Source of the DNA: Eledone cirrhosa
Lineage: Eukaryota
DNA: 64,000 nt
Assembly (NCBI GenBank): GCA_964016885.1
Contig: OZ024742.1
Coordinates: 214,210,001 to 214,274,000, forward strand
Direction: 5' to 3'
The translations under genes were made by a program, and so were the position numbers. The notes below the pieces were generated by a model, which saw only the letters and a program-made list of their open reading frames with translations, had not been told where the DNA came from and ran no database searches. Shown one piece after another: positions 14,524-29,900 of this stretch (within the stretch, counting starts at the first letter, position 1; every line of letters starts with the position of its first letter).

Positions 14524-15133
14524 GGTGGCTGCCAACTCGTTTTCGAGTATGGCCACTACTTTATATCCATGTAGGAGAACTCCTACCGATGCGCTGAACG
14601 AATGTGACTTTAGTCCAGCCAGCGACTTGAAAACTCTGGTACAAACACTACACTTGTGACAATTATTGACACATAGTGCTGGGCCGATGGTACCATGTGA
14701 CGACAAGTGCAGAGAGATCTCCAGATATAAAGCAATGCCTGTGCCGTGAAGCTTTTATAGTGAGCAAAGACACTGCACAAAGCCAGTCCCACTCTCTTAA
14801 CCAAGATGATATTTACCAAAAAGAAGAACAAGTCAACATCATTGGATGCCATCAGAGTTGCAGGTGTTATATCAGAATTGTCCTTCTCCTAGAATTCTGC
14901 CTTGACAAAGGCTAAGGGGTCATCTCTCCCGGTGATTTTGGATGGCCATTGACTCTTAAGAGCTCCTTTGCCCTTTGACAGGTTTTGTTTTTAGTCCTGC
15001 AGGATGTCCAAAGTCACCCTCCTCACCAAGAAACCTTAGTGGGGTTGGTTGCCAGTTTAGTCGCCAACGACCCGACCATGGGACAGGTTGTACTGGGATA
15101 CATGTTACCAGTAGCACCAAGTGGTGACCTGAC
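14523..15133 (-). mobile_element. Short non-autonomous RTE-like element
   Basis: 3' part encodes CSVCTRVFKSLAGLKSH (RTE/BovB-type C-terminal C2H2-like motif). Both ends are homologous to 44422-45017. Confidence 0.55.
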
Positions 15134-15236
<103 letters not shown>

Positions 15237-15714
15237 TATATATATATATAGGTTATGCGAGTAACTTGTCACTCTCTCTCTCTCTCTACACACACACAGA
15301 CGCATACATAATTAAGTATAGGTGCCCAACATAGCGTTATACACATATATATGCGTTTTATACAGAGGATGTCTTTGAAAAACATTTGGCAGCCTGCCAC
15401 TACGAATATTTTAAATGTTGTGACCAGTGTCACACCACCCTAGTCTCAGCAAAAACCAGAGGAAGCAACAGACAACGTTTATTCTCATTTGTTAGTAGTT
15501 GTCAAAGCTGCATATACACCTAATTTCTACTGACACAAACATTAGCTAGAATCTCATAAATGTATCGCCTATTATAAGAGCTGATGAACCTCATTTGCAT
15601 ATGGATCGGTACCCGGCCAAACTTAAATACAATTCTCAACAAAAACCAGAGGAAGCAACTGACGACGTTGTTTTACAATTTACATTTCAAAGAATGCAAA
15701 CAACTCATAACAAA

Positions 15715-16390
15715 TGTCCATAGTGTTCCACCATAGCTCCGCAGTGCCAAATGTGCCATAATTTTCCATGCTATTTCCCCACTTTAATAGAGGGATCTCC
15801 CTAGCTCCATATTTCCATACTGTGTCACTGAAGCTCCCAAGTTCCATTGGGCACTACGTTAGCCCCACAGTGCCATATAGCGGCAGCCTAGCTTCAAAGT
15901 GTGCCACTCTAACTCCGCAGTGTCATAGTGCGGCACCCTAGATCTGAAGTGCTATATTTCCCACCCTATCTCCCCATTGCCAGAGAAGGTCACTATAGCT
16001 CCATATTTCCAAACTGTGTCACTGAAGCTCCTCAATTTCATAGTGACCCACTTTAGCTCCGCAGTGGCATAGTGCGGAAACCCTGGCTTTAAAGTGCCAT
16101 AATTTCCTACACAATCTACCCATTCTCATACGATTGGAGGGGTGGGGTGATTCTCTAGCTCCGTATTTGCATACGCTGTCACTGAAGCTCCTAATTTCCA
16201 TAGTATCCTACCCTAACCCCGCAGCGCAATAATGTTACAACCTAGCTTCATTGTGCTATATGTTTCCACATTGTCTACTCATTTCCATAGGGGAACACCC
16301 TAGATCCATACTTACATTATGTGCCACTGAAACTCCCCAGTTCGATAGTGTGCCACCCTAGCTCCTCAGTGCCAATGTGCGGCACTTCAA
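15715..16390. repeat. Degenerate tandem repeat, ~145-195-bp units
   Basis: TAGCTCCATATTTCCA..TGTGTCACTGAAGCTCC motif recurs at about 15802, 15996, 16157 and 16301. Confidence 0.7.
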
Positions 16391-18343
16391 TGTGTTTGTC
16401 GGTTTGTGATATTACTATGACATTGGTTCGTAAACGTATAGCCACATGTCGAGGATTGTTTAGGAAACGTATGTGTGTGCATCAGCACGTAACTATACGT
16501 ATCCTGGCGTGGTGATTCAGGCTGTTACGGGTTTGTGACATCTTGTTTTACTCACTAATACAAAGCTTTGTATTAGTGAGAAATACAGGATATTGCATGG
16601 CTCAAAGTCATCTACCACATATCCGAATTGTAAGACTGGGGTATTCAGAAAATGTGCACATATGAACACACACCTTATTGCGGCATGGACAAGTGCTATC
16701 AAGAAACAAACATTTAGTTTCAGTATGAGTACTGTAAGCTTTGATCATGCTACAGATGTCCCAGCAAGAGTTACAAGTGATCGAAACATTTTGCTGGCTT
16801 AACAGTTTATCAGCATTCATTCCTTTACACATAGATGCTGAGGCATGCTGTACAGAACTTTCTTCCAGTTTTCTTTAAGGAAACTATAGACTTCCCCAAC
16901 AAACTATTTTTGGTTAATTTTCATTTACAAATAGTGAAAGTTTGAGCGCCTACAATTTATTAAGGTGTTATGTAGAATATATACATAAATTAACGAACAC
17001 CCAATGTATTTTCGCGGAATAAAATGCTTTAATACTTTTTGCATGGGTTTTTAGCGTTGATCATACCATAGTCACCCAGCCATCAATGTAAGAGCAGTCA
17101 ATGTCATTATAGTGCGTAAGCGAACTCTTGCATACGCCCATAGATTAAAAATAGTGGGGCGTGTTTGCGTACATTAAGGTTACAAGAGTTTCACTGCTAT
17201 AAACATCCTTAATTGTGTTGCTGCAATTTGTTTTTCGCTGTAATTATTGCAGCTTCAATACTATTTTTGGTGTTAAATTTGGCGAATCTGTTAACATTGT
17301 TTTTAAATCCCAAAGGTGACAACATCAGTGATACTAATTAAATTGTAGCAGCCAGCACTTTTTCTAATTACGTCAAAAAGAAGCCGATGAATTTAGTACG
17401 ATGCCTCAAGGTCTTAAATAGTGACATTCTGCAGAGAAAAGAGTCGTTATGGATGTCAGTTATCGTGACAACGAAGCAATAAATAAAAAAGGAATCAAAA
17501 CAATAAAAACTAATTAGAACTTCAACATCTTAAATGACTAAAGCGATATACGATTTATTTGGTGTGTAAATGAAATAGATTTAATTCTGTTATATGTCTT
17601 TAAATTCTGAAAGTAAATTGAATGCTATCAATATTGGCACATTATGAGATTTAGATGACCAAGATAAGTTTCTTTATGTTTTCAATCTTCACATTCAAAC
17701 TTCTGCCGTGTTTTCGAGTTAATTCCATAAAATACACTTTCAAATCAAGTCACCGATATTGCTTTTACGTAACATGGTAAACATGTCTTCATATCACTAG
17801 CATGGCAAACAATTCCTTCAGGAATTTTGTAAGCGACACCTAGTGTTGTTTTGTCATATAAACATGACTTGTTTATAGTGTACTTTAATGCGATATTAAA
17901 CTGTACTGTAAAATATACCAGTAAAATATAATACATTGCCGCGGTAGAATGACAGTCAATATATCACATGATATTTAGTTACATAAATTTAGTTACTGTT
18001 ATCGCATCTCATTGGCTATATATATACTTCAGGGTTACAAATAAATAGAATTCAATCATTGAACAGCACGGTACTTGTCTTTTATGCTTGGAAACAGGAA
18101 GCTCATCGTTACTGCATGGCAGTATTCGGTGATAATATACATTAATTGAAAATTGCAATAAACCTTTCATCATCGTTGAAAACCTTTGTAGAATCAATGT
18201 TTGAAAGTATATATTTTAATATTTTAGTACGTAGAAAGAAGGCTTTCAGGTTTAAAATAAAGTAGGCAGCACACAAAAGAGTAGAAAGTGTTATATCTAT
18301 TATCCAGATAGTACTTTTACAAAATCGAAACATGCAAACTAGT

Positions 18344-18960
<617 letters not shown>

Positions 18961-19049
18961 TTACAGCTCCAGCTCCTGCAATTCTTGCAGTTAATTCAGC
19001 CTCCTGCTTTCAGGCCAACAACTTCAGGATTACTGTTCTGTTTGTTCTT

Positions 19050-19900
19050 ATATCCGATTTCTGACCCTGTTATATTCTTTTTACCACTGTGAAGCTGTTT
19101 GTATATGAATACCTTACGTATGCGATCCTCACTCATTCCGATAACATGGACAGCCCTTCATAATTAAGACTGAATGAGGAGAGTCTCGATACCTCCAATT
19201 TTACACTTCGTGAAAACGTCATCATTTGTGATATTATCCACAAATTGTTCGAAGTCAGCCCTTGTGAAACACATAAAGCTGGTGTTGTTAGTGTAATATA
19301 TAATTCAGGACCTAGATCCTTACAAATGTGTGGTGAAAAATGTAGACTTTAATTTTGGTTTTTAGTTTTATGTGTGTGTAAGACGATGACGGTATTCAAT
19401 AAATACAATAGAGGCTTTGGTAATACAACGGACAATTTCGTCACGAAGGGTGGCTTTTAGTTCAATTTCTTGCCCAAGTATGCAAATGGTTTAATATATT
19501 TCCTATCTTAAGAGAGCTAGATAGGAACTGGTAAACTGAACGTTCTGGTTTGACACCTCTTATTTGTTTGGTGGATATGATGCGACTTCTTTATGTAGAG
19601 AATATTTACCAAAGATTTCTTACCGAGTAAGGAACGAATTATCCGTTCCTTTCCCATTTGAATGCTGTCACAAAATGTATTGCATTATCAACAAACAACA
19701 GATCATAAATGAAATTATCTCAGTAGCTTGGAAGCACTGGCATCTTAAAGTCCACCTCTCATACGAAATTTCATCTTCACAGCTTTGTTTATATGATCAT
19801 GGACATCCATCCAGAGAAGAGATTAGCAAAAAGAACTGGATCGAGGACATAGCCTTGTTTTCTGCTGATTGTGACGTCAAGATAACCTGAAAATCCTTAC
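19050..19900 (-). pseudogene. Highly decayed RTE/BovB-like RT fragment
   Basis: Minus-strand pieces RKQGYVLDPVLF and YDLLFVDN resemble RQGCVLAPxLF and LLFADD. Confidence 0.5.
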
Positions 19901-19914
19901 TTCAGCATTATTTG

Positions 19915-20001
<87 letters not shown>

Positions 20002-20518
20002 ATCTATTTATCTAATCACACTCCTCCCTCCACATATATCTATATATGTATTTATGTATACATATAGATACACACATACCCCCACCCCTCCTCCCTCCAT
20101 AATGTTGCCATATTTAATGTTGTTTACAAAAATTAAAATTACAATTCATTGTGATAGGGAAACATGATATTAGTTTTGGACTATTAATGTTTTAATTAAT
20201 TCACCATGTACGCTACGGTATTAACTGCAAAGCATAGACTTGACCCTGCTTTCTTAAGTAGCGGCAACCATTATGTAAGTGAATGCTCAAAGGTGGGCGT
20301 AGAAACATTCACTGATATGATGCTCCTAAGCAGCATGAACTACGTTAGTAATTCGTTTGCTCTAAAAATACAGTTTCATTATGCACTAAAGAATATACAA
20401 ATAACATTAATTATTAATTATTATATTGTAATTATTTAGGAAAATGACATAATTAAGGGAAGCTGAAACTTTGTCGTAGTTACCGGGTTAATATATAATA
20501 AGTATCTAAATATATAAT

Positions 20519-20870
20519 AATTGTTTTTACTTTTTTGGCCCAAGGCCAGCAATTACGCCAGTGTATTACTGGTTCTTTTTTTTATCGACCCTGTAAGGAT
20601 GAAATGAAAAGGTAATCTCGACAGGATTTGAACTCTGACTGTAAAGGGCCGTAACTCAACTCTGAAAAGCATCGAGTCCAACCCTCTACCGATACTGCCA
20701 TTCCACCGATGTAAATTTGTAATAATTGTTTCTACATTTGGCACAAGGCCACTAATTATCCCAGTGCATTACTGGTACTTTAATTTATCGATCCCGTAAG
20801 GATGAAAGACAAAGTTAACCTCGGCAGGATTTGAACTCAGACCTTAAAGAGCCGTATCTCTATGCTACAA
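20519..20870 (-). mobile_element. Two adjacent tRNA-derived SINE copies
   Basis: Copies at about 20519-20708 and 20725-20870 match the SINE at 58985. Confidence 0.8.
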
Positions 20871-21203
20871 ATTTGTAATAATGTACATGGGTTATAATAT
20901 AATGAATATCTCTGCCTCTAAATATAAAACTGTTAAATGCAGAGCAGAAAAGTTTTATAAATTCTGATGACAGTTAAATTTATACAAGTCAATGGTAACA
21001 AAAAGAAATACCGAGCTTGAGATCCATTATGTAATAAAATATATAATCTAGGATCGTATTTACTTTGGTATATTGAACCATATATAATCATACATAGATA
21101 TACACAAAACGGATAGTAGTATATATAAATATTTAGTTAAATATTTACATTTGCTTCTACATAACCTACATAGGAATATGGGAATATGAGTATATTTTTC
21201 TTC

Positions 21204-21240
<37 letters not shown>

Positions 21241-21241
<1 letters not shown>

Positions 21242-24200
21242 GCCTGACGCGTGAAACATCGCCGGTAAGAGTTTTTATAAATTTATATACGAAAAACAGA
21301 ACAAATTGTTTGAAAAAACATATTATTTTGTAGATTAACCCCCAAGCTGAATTGTCAGCTGGGTGGTAATCCCATTTTTTGCCCCTCTAGGAGCGAAAAT
21401 ATAATTAAAAAATTGTTTTAAAATATCAAATTTTGCCAACTATAAAACATGAATAACACGGAAAGAACGCTGGAGAACGTCGACAGAGAAAAGAGAGAGA
21501 AAGAGGCAGATTTTAACGTTATATCTGCTTCTGCTACTATGGACGTCGCCATAGATACGACAGTCAACAAAAACGAAAAAAATATTGCCACTTGAAGATT
21601 GTACATTTCTACCGTCGAAGCGGAGAGAAATGAAAACTCAGGAATTAAACCCATTAACATACATACACATGAAAAAGTCAACATCAACAACTCCACAGAT
21701 ACATCTAGACATAAAGTTTCACCTCGTCAAGGAACTGAGATTTCCAACACCGAGGTTAACAACGATAACAACAACAACAACAGCAACACCACACAAAAAA
21801 ATGTCTTTCGCTGAAACAGTGAACAAAAAACAAAATTTTATAAATCTTGACATCTCCAATGCAAGTGATATGCTCCAGCAAGGGAGAAAATTTGTAACTT
21901 TTGAAGAGAAGGGTGGGTTTAGAATTAATTCACCCCTTGAAATAAAAGAAGACCCAGTTCGAAGAACAGTGATCTTTAGGACTGTATTCAATACCACGAG
22001 AAAGCCGATATTTGTTAGTCAAACAGATATAGAAGCTACTTTCAAGGAAATTCTAGCAAATATTGACCTTCTCCAACGAGGAAGTGTTTCTGTACTGTTT
22101 AAAAGCGAGGCACTCGCCCAAAAACATTCTGTGACACCAATAGTGTCAAAAGCATTCACCTTTTTCCCTACATACATGGGAAAAAGGACACAAAAAATAA
22201 AAATAAAAAATATACTCCAAACATTAACATCTGGTGGATCTTGGCTGGCTTTGTAGAGCAGAAACTGATATGATTCTTGCGATACGAGAGTCTATTCGAC
22301 AAAGGTGGGCGGGTACTGATTTGGAGATTCTGTTGCAAATGAGGCCAGACATAATCTCCAAAATACCCGAAAGCGTCGTCATCGTCGACAACAACAAAAT
22401 AAACATTTCGGTAGAAGGACGAAAAATTCATTGCTTTCGCTGTGGTAGCACAGCACAGCTAAAAGCCTCCTGTCCTTCACAAACACACCACAACAACATC
22501 ATTAAAAACACACTATTACCAACAACAACACCAAAACAACAAACACCGCCACAAGTACAACGACAGACGAAACGAACAACCACACCAAAACAAACAGCCA
22601 CTCAGCCAACAACAGAAAAAACAGAGACAACACCCCTGAAGAACACAGCCCCACCTCATCCCACTCCATCAAACACTACCACAAACACACACACATCGAA
22701 ACACCACCACCACACAACATACCCCTACCCCACACTCCTGACGATGATTATTCATAACGGATGAAGCTGCTTCTCCTTCTTTAAGTGAAGAAGAGGGAGA
22801 GCCGCCGAAATCGAAAAAAGAAAAAAAAGAGACACCACAAAACCCCCAAAACTCCAATCACCAACACCAACACAACCACAGACACAAACAACACCTCAGT
22901 CAAACATCCCCTTACCAGCAAAACCAACACCAAACCACCCCAAACACAAGCACCCACCATAAAAAGAAAACTCCCGGACGAACAACAAACTAAAACAACA
23001 CAACAAAAACACAAACAACAATACGCATACATCAACACAAACAACAAGAGTTTGATGGAGGTCATCTCTCAAAACCCCAAGGTGGAGACGGAGGGCAACA
23101 CTTTCGTCAAGGCAGAATCCTGTCCACACCTTAAACTTATAATGGTTTTATGGAAACCTATAATGACCTGAAAAATAAATTTTCACAGGACGTGGGCAAC
23201 CCCTGCCAGAAACCCATCAACCGGTTCTGTTAAAATGTTTCCCGCCACACCCAAAACCCCATCCAGCACCCAAATGGAGATTGAACAACCCGATCTCCAG
23301 GAAGCGAAAGGGTAAGTGCACCTTTCGTCCTTTTTCTTCAACTCTTCTTCACCAACATGGCTAGTTTACGAGTTGGAAACGTGAATGTGCGTGGCCTAGG
23401 GATGCCCTGGAAACAAGGCCAACATTTAAACGACCTTAGGTCACACGGTATGGATGTGATGGCTATCACCGAGTCCAGGATCCACAACAGGCAGCAACTA
23501 ACCCCCATATTCGACAACTTTGAGAACTACGCATCTCTCTGTCAGCCAGGAGGTGGAAGGGGAGTGGCTGTCATGTTTCGGAAGAACCTGGACGTCGAAG
23601 TACAGCGAGTACACTTGAACCCGGAGGGTAGACTGGTAGTCCTAGACGTGAACAGTACTGGAGGTGGAGCCTTCAGACTTGTGGCCGTTTATGCCCGGAC
23701 CGGGCAATCGCAATCACGGGCAGACTTCTTTAAGCGTCTAGAGTCTTTTCTGGGAACGTCTCACTCCTTACTTTTAGTGGGGGACTGGAATGGTATCCTA
23801 GATGCACGATGGGACTATGTGGGAGCATGTCTCAGTAGAGAGGGGTGCAACAGCCTCAAAACGTTAATCGGCCAATTCCAACTGGCCGATAGGTAACGAC
23901 TCGATTTCCCGACTGCACCACAGGGGACGTGGGCAAACCGCAGCGAGACATCTATATCGTATTTAGATAGGTTCTTCATTAGAGAAAGGGACAAAGAGAT
24001 GTTAAGCTGTCCACGAATGCACATGGTTGCCTATTCAGATCACAAATTAGTCGTCTGCTTAGTCAACAGTAATAGAACACATAGACAAGGACCCGGATAC
24101 TGGAAGTTGAACGTGTCGTTGCTGGCACGTAAAGCTTACAGTGAACGGATAAGTAGACTAGTCAAGCAACAGTTAACGGGAGCCATCGTCAATAATAGAT

Positions 24201-26912
24201 GGTGGTACTCTCTCAAGAAAGCAATTAGAATAGAATCGATAGGGTTTAGCAGAGAGTTAGCCTTAGAAAAAAATAGAATAGAAAGAGAACTAGTAGCCAA
24301 GGTTGAGGAGGCACTTAGAAGTGGAAACGCGGCTAGAGTGTTAACGTCGAGAACGGCACTGGACCAGTTCTTCGATGCGAAGCACTAAAGCTGCGTGGTC
24401 AGAATCAAAGCACCTGCTCTAGGAAACGAAAAGTGGCAACAAGCCCACGATTCGGTATTTGAAAGACCAAAACTGACGCGTGCTACATGACCCCAAGCAA
24501 ATGTACGCGGCCTTTCAGCACCCCTTTGCGCGACTCTTTGAGCAGAACGACGGTGAGCCGAACGGGGTAATGGACTTTATTTCATACCTCGACGGCCTGC
24601 CGCGTCCCTCAACCACGGACGCCGAGTTCTGCGAAAGACCGATCACGGACGCTGAGATACGGGACGCTCTGGGCCGCTGCGGGAAACGCATGTCACCCGG
24701 TCTAGATGGTCTACCCTATGAGTTTTACATCTGCATGCCGGACTTGTTCTCTGGCGTCCTCGAAGCCGTCTACTGCAATTGGCAGCAGAACGGGAGAATT
24801 CCCAGTTCTGCAGGCACGGGCGTAGTAACGCTGATCAGGAAAGACGAGAACAAGGGGGACGAAATTAATAACTTCAGGCCCATAACTCTGTTCAACACAG
24901 AGTTAAAGATTTTGGCCAAGGTGCTAGCGACGAGTTGGCGCTTGTCGTCGAGAACCTGGTAGGGAAAGCGCAAACGTGTGCAATCCCGACCAGGTCCATA
25001 CACGACAACCTCCACCTCATGCGATACATCATAGAGAGGGTGGGTAGTAAACCCGGTTTCGGTAGGGCTCTGATCAATTTGGATTAGTCTAAGGCATTCG
25101 ATAGGGTCGACCATCGATACTTGAAAGCGGTTCTCATGGCGGCCCGTTTCGGTCCCGTTTTCAGAGGCTGGATCGAGGCGATGCACACCAGAATCTGCTC
25201 GAGTGTCAAGGTGAATGGCTACCTATCGGAGCCGTTCGAAATCACGCGTTCCATTCGACAGGGGTGCCCTCTCTCCTCCATTCTGTATGTATTGACTCTA
25301 GAGCCACTACAGCGGAAATTGGAGCTGTTGCAGGGTATCCTTCTAGAACCGGGACTGCGCAAAGCGGCGTCGGCTTATGCCGACGGCGTGACGGTAATGG
25401 TGTCGTGCACCTCGGAAATCGTGGTGATCGGCAACTTACTGAAATGATACGAAACGCTGACGGGAGCAAAACTGAACCCGGACAAATCTGTCGGTTTGCA
25501 ACTCGGTACGTGGAGAGGCAAACCGATCACGTCCGACAGCGTCGTTGGACGCTGGACGGACGGACGGGTGAAATTGCTCGGGGTCTGGTTCGGTCCAAAC
25601 CTCCAGGTGGAAACAACGGAAATGAGGTTACTGCCAGGGTGTTTGCACTCACCCAGAAGTGGGCAGAGTGCAAACTGTCCTTGAAAGGTCGAGCGGATGT
25701 GGCTAACACTTTCATAGCGTCCGTCATCTACTACCGCTTGACTGTCGTGCCTTGTCCCCGTGAATACCTCGCCAAGATGGAATGCATGCTCTTCCAGTTT
25801 CTGTGGAAGAAGCAGGCTCCACTGGTGAGGTGATCCGTCTGCTGTCAGCAACCTTCCAACGGAGGGATGGGAATGCCGTGGCTGATGATGGGCAAACATG
25901 CGCTGAGGCTGCAGCATCTCCAGGTATTCCTCACCGACCCCCAACCGGTGTGGGCACCGTTTGTGAGACAGGTTTTCCCACAGCTCGTCTCGCTGATGGA
26001 GCTGCAGTCCTGGGTCAAGAAAAGACCGAAAACGATGGGCACCTGGCACATTGAATGCGCTCAGGCGCTCACAGTCCTCGGAGAGACTCTGGGTGTCGAA
26101 GACGATGAGATCACCAGTCTCTTTGGTAGGACTTTCCGTCCAGGACTTATGGACAACTTCCAGAGGTCCCTGGCCTGGCAGTGCTACCAAGGAGCTCTAC
26201 CGGTTCGTGACAAGATCTACAACCACGGATGCCCCGGCAGGGATCCTTCCAAGAGGACGTGTCCAAGATGCGCGCAGGACATTGAAACAGTTCTGCACGC
26301 AATTGTACACTTCCCGGGCTTACCCGACCTGTGGAACTGTGCAGAACAATTGCTGTCGCGTATGGGACAAATCCAGTTGACTGCCGAGTCCATAGTAAGG
26401 ATCAAACCGCCAACCTCTTTCAAAAACGAAAGAGAGGCGCTTTTTCCTCTGTACGGTGGCTATGGTGAAAGAAGTTATATGGTGGAGGAGATTGAGAGGA
26501 CTGAGGACAGATGCCTTTCTCTCCGGACAACAATTGATTCCCTTCTTTAAGTATCACTTTAGAAGGAGAATCAAAGTGGAGAGAGAGGCACTGCACCCCA
26601 GTAAATTTACTGAAACGTGGGTGAATGAAGCGAAAATGGCCCGAGTGATTGGGCCTTCTCTGTTTATAAGCCTGTAGGTTAAAGAAGAGAGCAGAATGAA
26701 GAAAGCAGCACTTGCACAACACACTCCTGGAGTTGAGGGTTGTTCTATCGACAGGGTATTAAACAACCTATTCGTGGCGCTTCCCCCCTATTGGGGATTT
26801 CGATTGTTGTAATTGTTTGTTTTTATATTTTTTACACGACTGTATGTAAAATCCCCGGCATATCTTTGTATTGTCCCCTTTTTATTGTGCGCCCTTGTGG
26901 CAAATAAAGATA
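21241..26912 (+). mobile_element. L1/Tx1-type LINE copy 1, near full length, decayed
   Basis: Preceded by (ATCT)n. ORF1 remnants with knuckle CFRCGSTAQLKASC. ORF2 23357-26677 has APE (NVRGL, GDWN, SDH, GPGYWKLN), RT (SPGLDG, NFRPITL, KAFDRVDH, RQGCPLS, YADG) and C-terminal CPRC..ETVLH. AATAAA followed by an ATCT-like tract. Confidence 0.93.
23357..26677 (+). pseudogene. ORF2 (APE endonuclease + RT + zinc finger) of LINE copy 1
   Basis: Chain of + ORFs from 23357 to 26677 broken by stops and frameshifts. Confidence 0.9.
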
Positions 26913-26936
26913 TATATCTCTCTATCTCTCTATCTC

Positions 26937-29900
26937 CGGATGGTATAGACATTCTTCACATCGGCTCCGCGAGTATTGGATATATTACGTGTTAACAGTA
27001 AGTGTTTGTCTGTTTTCTTGCGTTATTGTGTTAAGTAACCCCCTTGCCTGGGACTTCGGACATTAGGGTTAATTTATTTCACCACTTTTGGGGTGACATT
27101 TTTCATCCTAAAAATCTTGTGATTGTCTCTACGCTAGTATTAATGGAAGCCATTACCACAGGTAACGATGACACGCCCACTAAACAAACTGAAGGAGAGC
27201 GGGTAGCTGAGGCAACAAGCCTCTCTACTGAAAGAATAATGATTATTAGAAACATTGAAAAAATGGAACCTGACGCTAATGAAAAAAATGTGAAAAACAT
27301 TGACTCGGAGAAATTGCCAACATTAATGGATGCCGTTTCGACTTTTCACGGTGCACGCCCACCAGCAAAGCTGAAAGTGAAGTAGTAGCTGTGACTACAA
27401 GTCTCTCGGATACTGAAAATATAAGTGAACATTTTGAGAAAATGGAGTCTAACCCAACGGGGAAAAAAAATGTGCACGCATACACCAACATAAATAACAC
27501 AAACACAACAAAAAATGAAAATTGTAACAACAAAAAACAAGAAAACCACATTTCGACAAATGTAAACAGAGAGGGGGGCGAACAAAATGACGTTCGCGCA
27601 AAGCATAAAAAAAACTATCGTGTTCGAACCTATTGACATTTCGAACATGGCCCAGCAAATGGAAAATGCACGGAAGTATATAACTTTGAAGGAGAATGGT
27701 TTAATTCTCCCCCAGAGCTAAAAAAAATAGGAAAATAGTTTAAAAACTATTATTTATAGACAATATCCAACAAAACCCGTAAGCCAGGACAACTCACACA
27801 GACAGAGATTGAACTGGCGTTAAAAGATCATCTGAAAAACATTGTATTCATTCGGAAGGATAGACTCTACGGTAGTCTATCCATCCGAATAAAAGATAAA
27901 TTGACGGCCGAAAAACATTCCCTGGCCCCAATTGTGTCCCCCTTATTTACCTTCTTCCCCACTTATTTGGGAAGAAAAACACAAAGATTGACCATACACA
28001 GTATCGATCCAGATATTGATTTCTGGGCGGTACTGTGTGGCCTCTTCGACTTGAAAGAGGATGCAGTAATTTCGGTAGGTAAGTCTTCCAGCAACGTGTT
28101 CGGTGGAACTAACCTGCAGGTTCTGGTGCAAATGCAGCCAGAACGAATTGCTAGGATCCCCGACCGCATATTGCTGGATGGGCTTGCCTACATACACATC
28201 ACTGGAGGGTAGACGACCTGCTTGTTACCTCTGTGGTGGCAGAGGTCACCTGAGGGCTGCCTATTCCCAAGCAAACAAAAAACACCGATTTTGCCCACAC
28301 CAACAACTACAACACTAACAACACAACCTCCACCACCACCACCACAAAAACAACTAACACCACAAGGTAAAACACAACTGAAAACAATCCCCCCATCCCC
28401 CCACACAGAAAACAATCCCCCCACACAGAAAACAAATACAATAACACCCACACCACAAACACGAGCCGAAAATGAAGCCCTCCCCTCGAATACGGAAGAG
28501 GACACCCTTTCGTCGTCAGACGAGGGGGGTGGCGAGGGAACACTTTCATAAAGTTAAAAGAAAAAAAAGCAAACACACCACAGGAACACAAATACAAACA
28601 ACCCCTCCCCAAGCCATAATACAGACATCAACACAAAAAAACACACAACAAGAGCAAACAAAAAACATCACGCAAAAAGAAAAAAAATGCATATACCTAC
28701 ATAAGTACAATAAACAAAAAAACTGCTAAACGCGGTAGATTGGCAGTATCGGTAGAGGTGGATTGGCAGTATCGGTAGAGGGTCGGACGCCATGCTGTGA
28801 CGCATAGAGTTACGGCCCTTGCCATTCTGAGTTCAAATCCCGCCGAGGTTAACTTTGCCTTTCATCCTTATGGGGTCGATAAAATAAAGTACCAGTAATA
28901 CACTGGGTAATTGCTGGCCTTGTGCCAAAAGTAGAAACAATTATTTATAATAACAACTTAATGAAAACCGAAGGTTCGAATTTCGCACAAGCAACGTGGC
29001 TTCCCCATCTAAAAATGATAAAAGCCCCAATGGACATTTACAAAACGTTAAAAGACACTTTTAAAGAGGACGTGGGACCCACCTGGCCAGACCCATTAAC
29101 CGTGTCCTCCTAAAAAATCCACCCCCACCAAGACACCCGCACAACTCCAAACCCCCCAACCCCACCACACACTGATGCCTCTACACTTCCATAAGCCCTC
29201 CCCCACACCCAACAACCCATCCCCCACCCCCATGGAAAGTGTGCGGCCCGGTCCCCGGGACGCAGATAGGTAAGTGCTTTTCTCTTTACCACCAACATGG
29301 CTGTGTTGAGAATAGGCTGTCTAAATGCGCGTGGCCTGGGCTCACCTTGGAAGCAAGCAATGCTTCTAAATGACCTCAGGTCACGATGTATAAATGTGAT
29401 GGTTATTTGCGAGGCCCGGATCAGCAGCGTGCGACGGCTCCCCACCTTTGATGACTTTGAGATGCACGCATCTCTCTGTCAGCCCGGAGATGGACGTGGG
29501 GTTGTCGTACTGCTGCACAAACATCTGGGTCTCGCTACACAGATGGTACACTTGGACCCGAAGGATCGACTAGTGGTTCTGGACATTGGCAGTGGTGAAG
29601 GTGGAGTTTTTAGACTGGTCGCCGTCTGCGGATCTTTTGGGTCAACCCGGCCGGACTTCTTCCATCGTCTGGAGACTTTTCTTGGGACGCCCCGCTCCTT
29701 GCTTTTAGTGGGAGATTGGAATGGTATCCTAGATGCACGTTGGGACTATGTAGGGGCATGTCCTGATAGAGGGGATTGTAACAGCCTCAAGGGGTTAATC
29801 GGCCGATTCGACCTGGCCGATAGATATCGACTAGATTTTCCGACTGTGCCAACCTGGATTGGAGAAACCAAAGCGGTCAATCTAGATCGTACCTAGATAG

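Noticed and set aside
15581-15625. CTGATGA motif (similar isolated cores near 7587, 20964, 47856)
   Set aside because: No downstream GAAA with compatible helices.
25375-26190. 271-aa minus-strand ORF and similar antisense ORFs in the LINEs
   Set aside because: Shadow ORFs of GC-rich ORF2 sequence with no domain signal.
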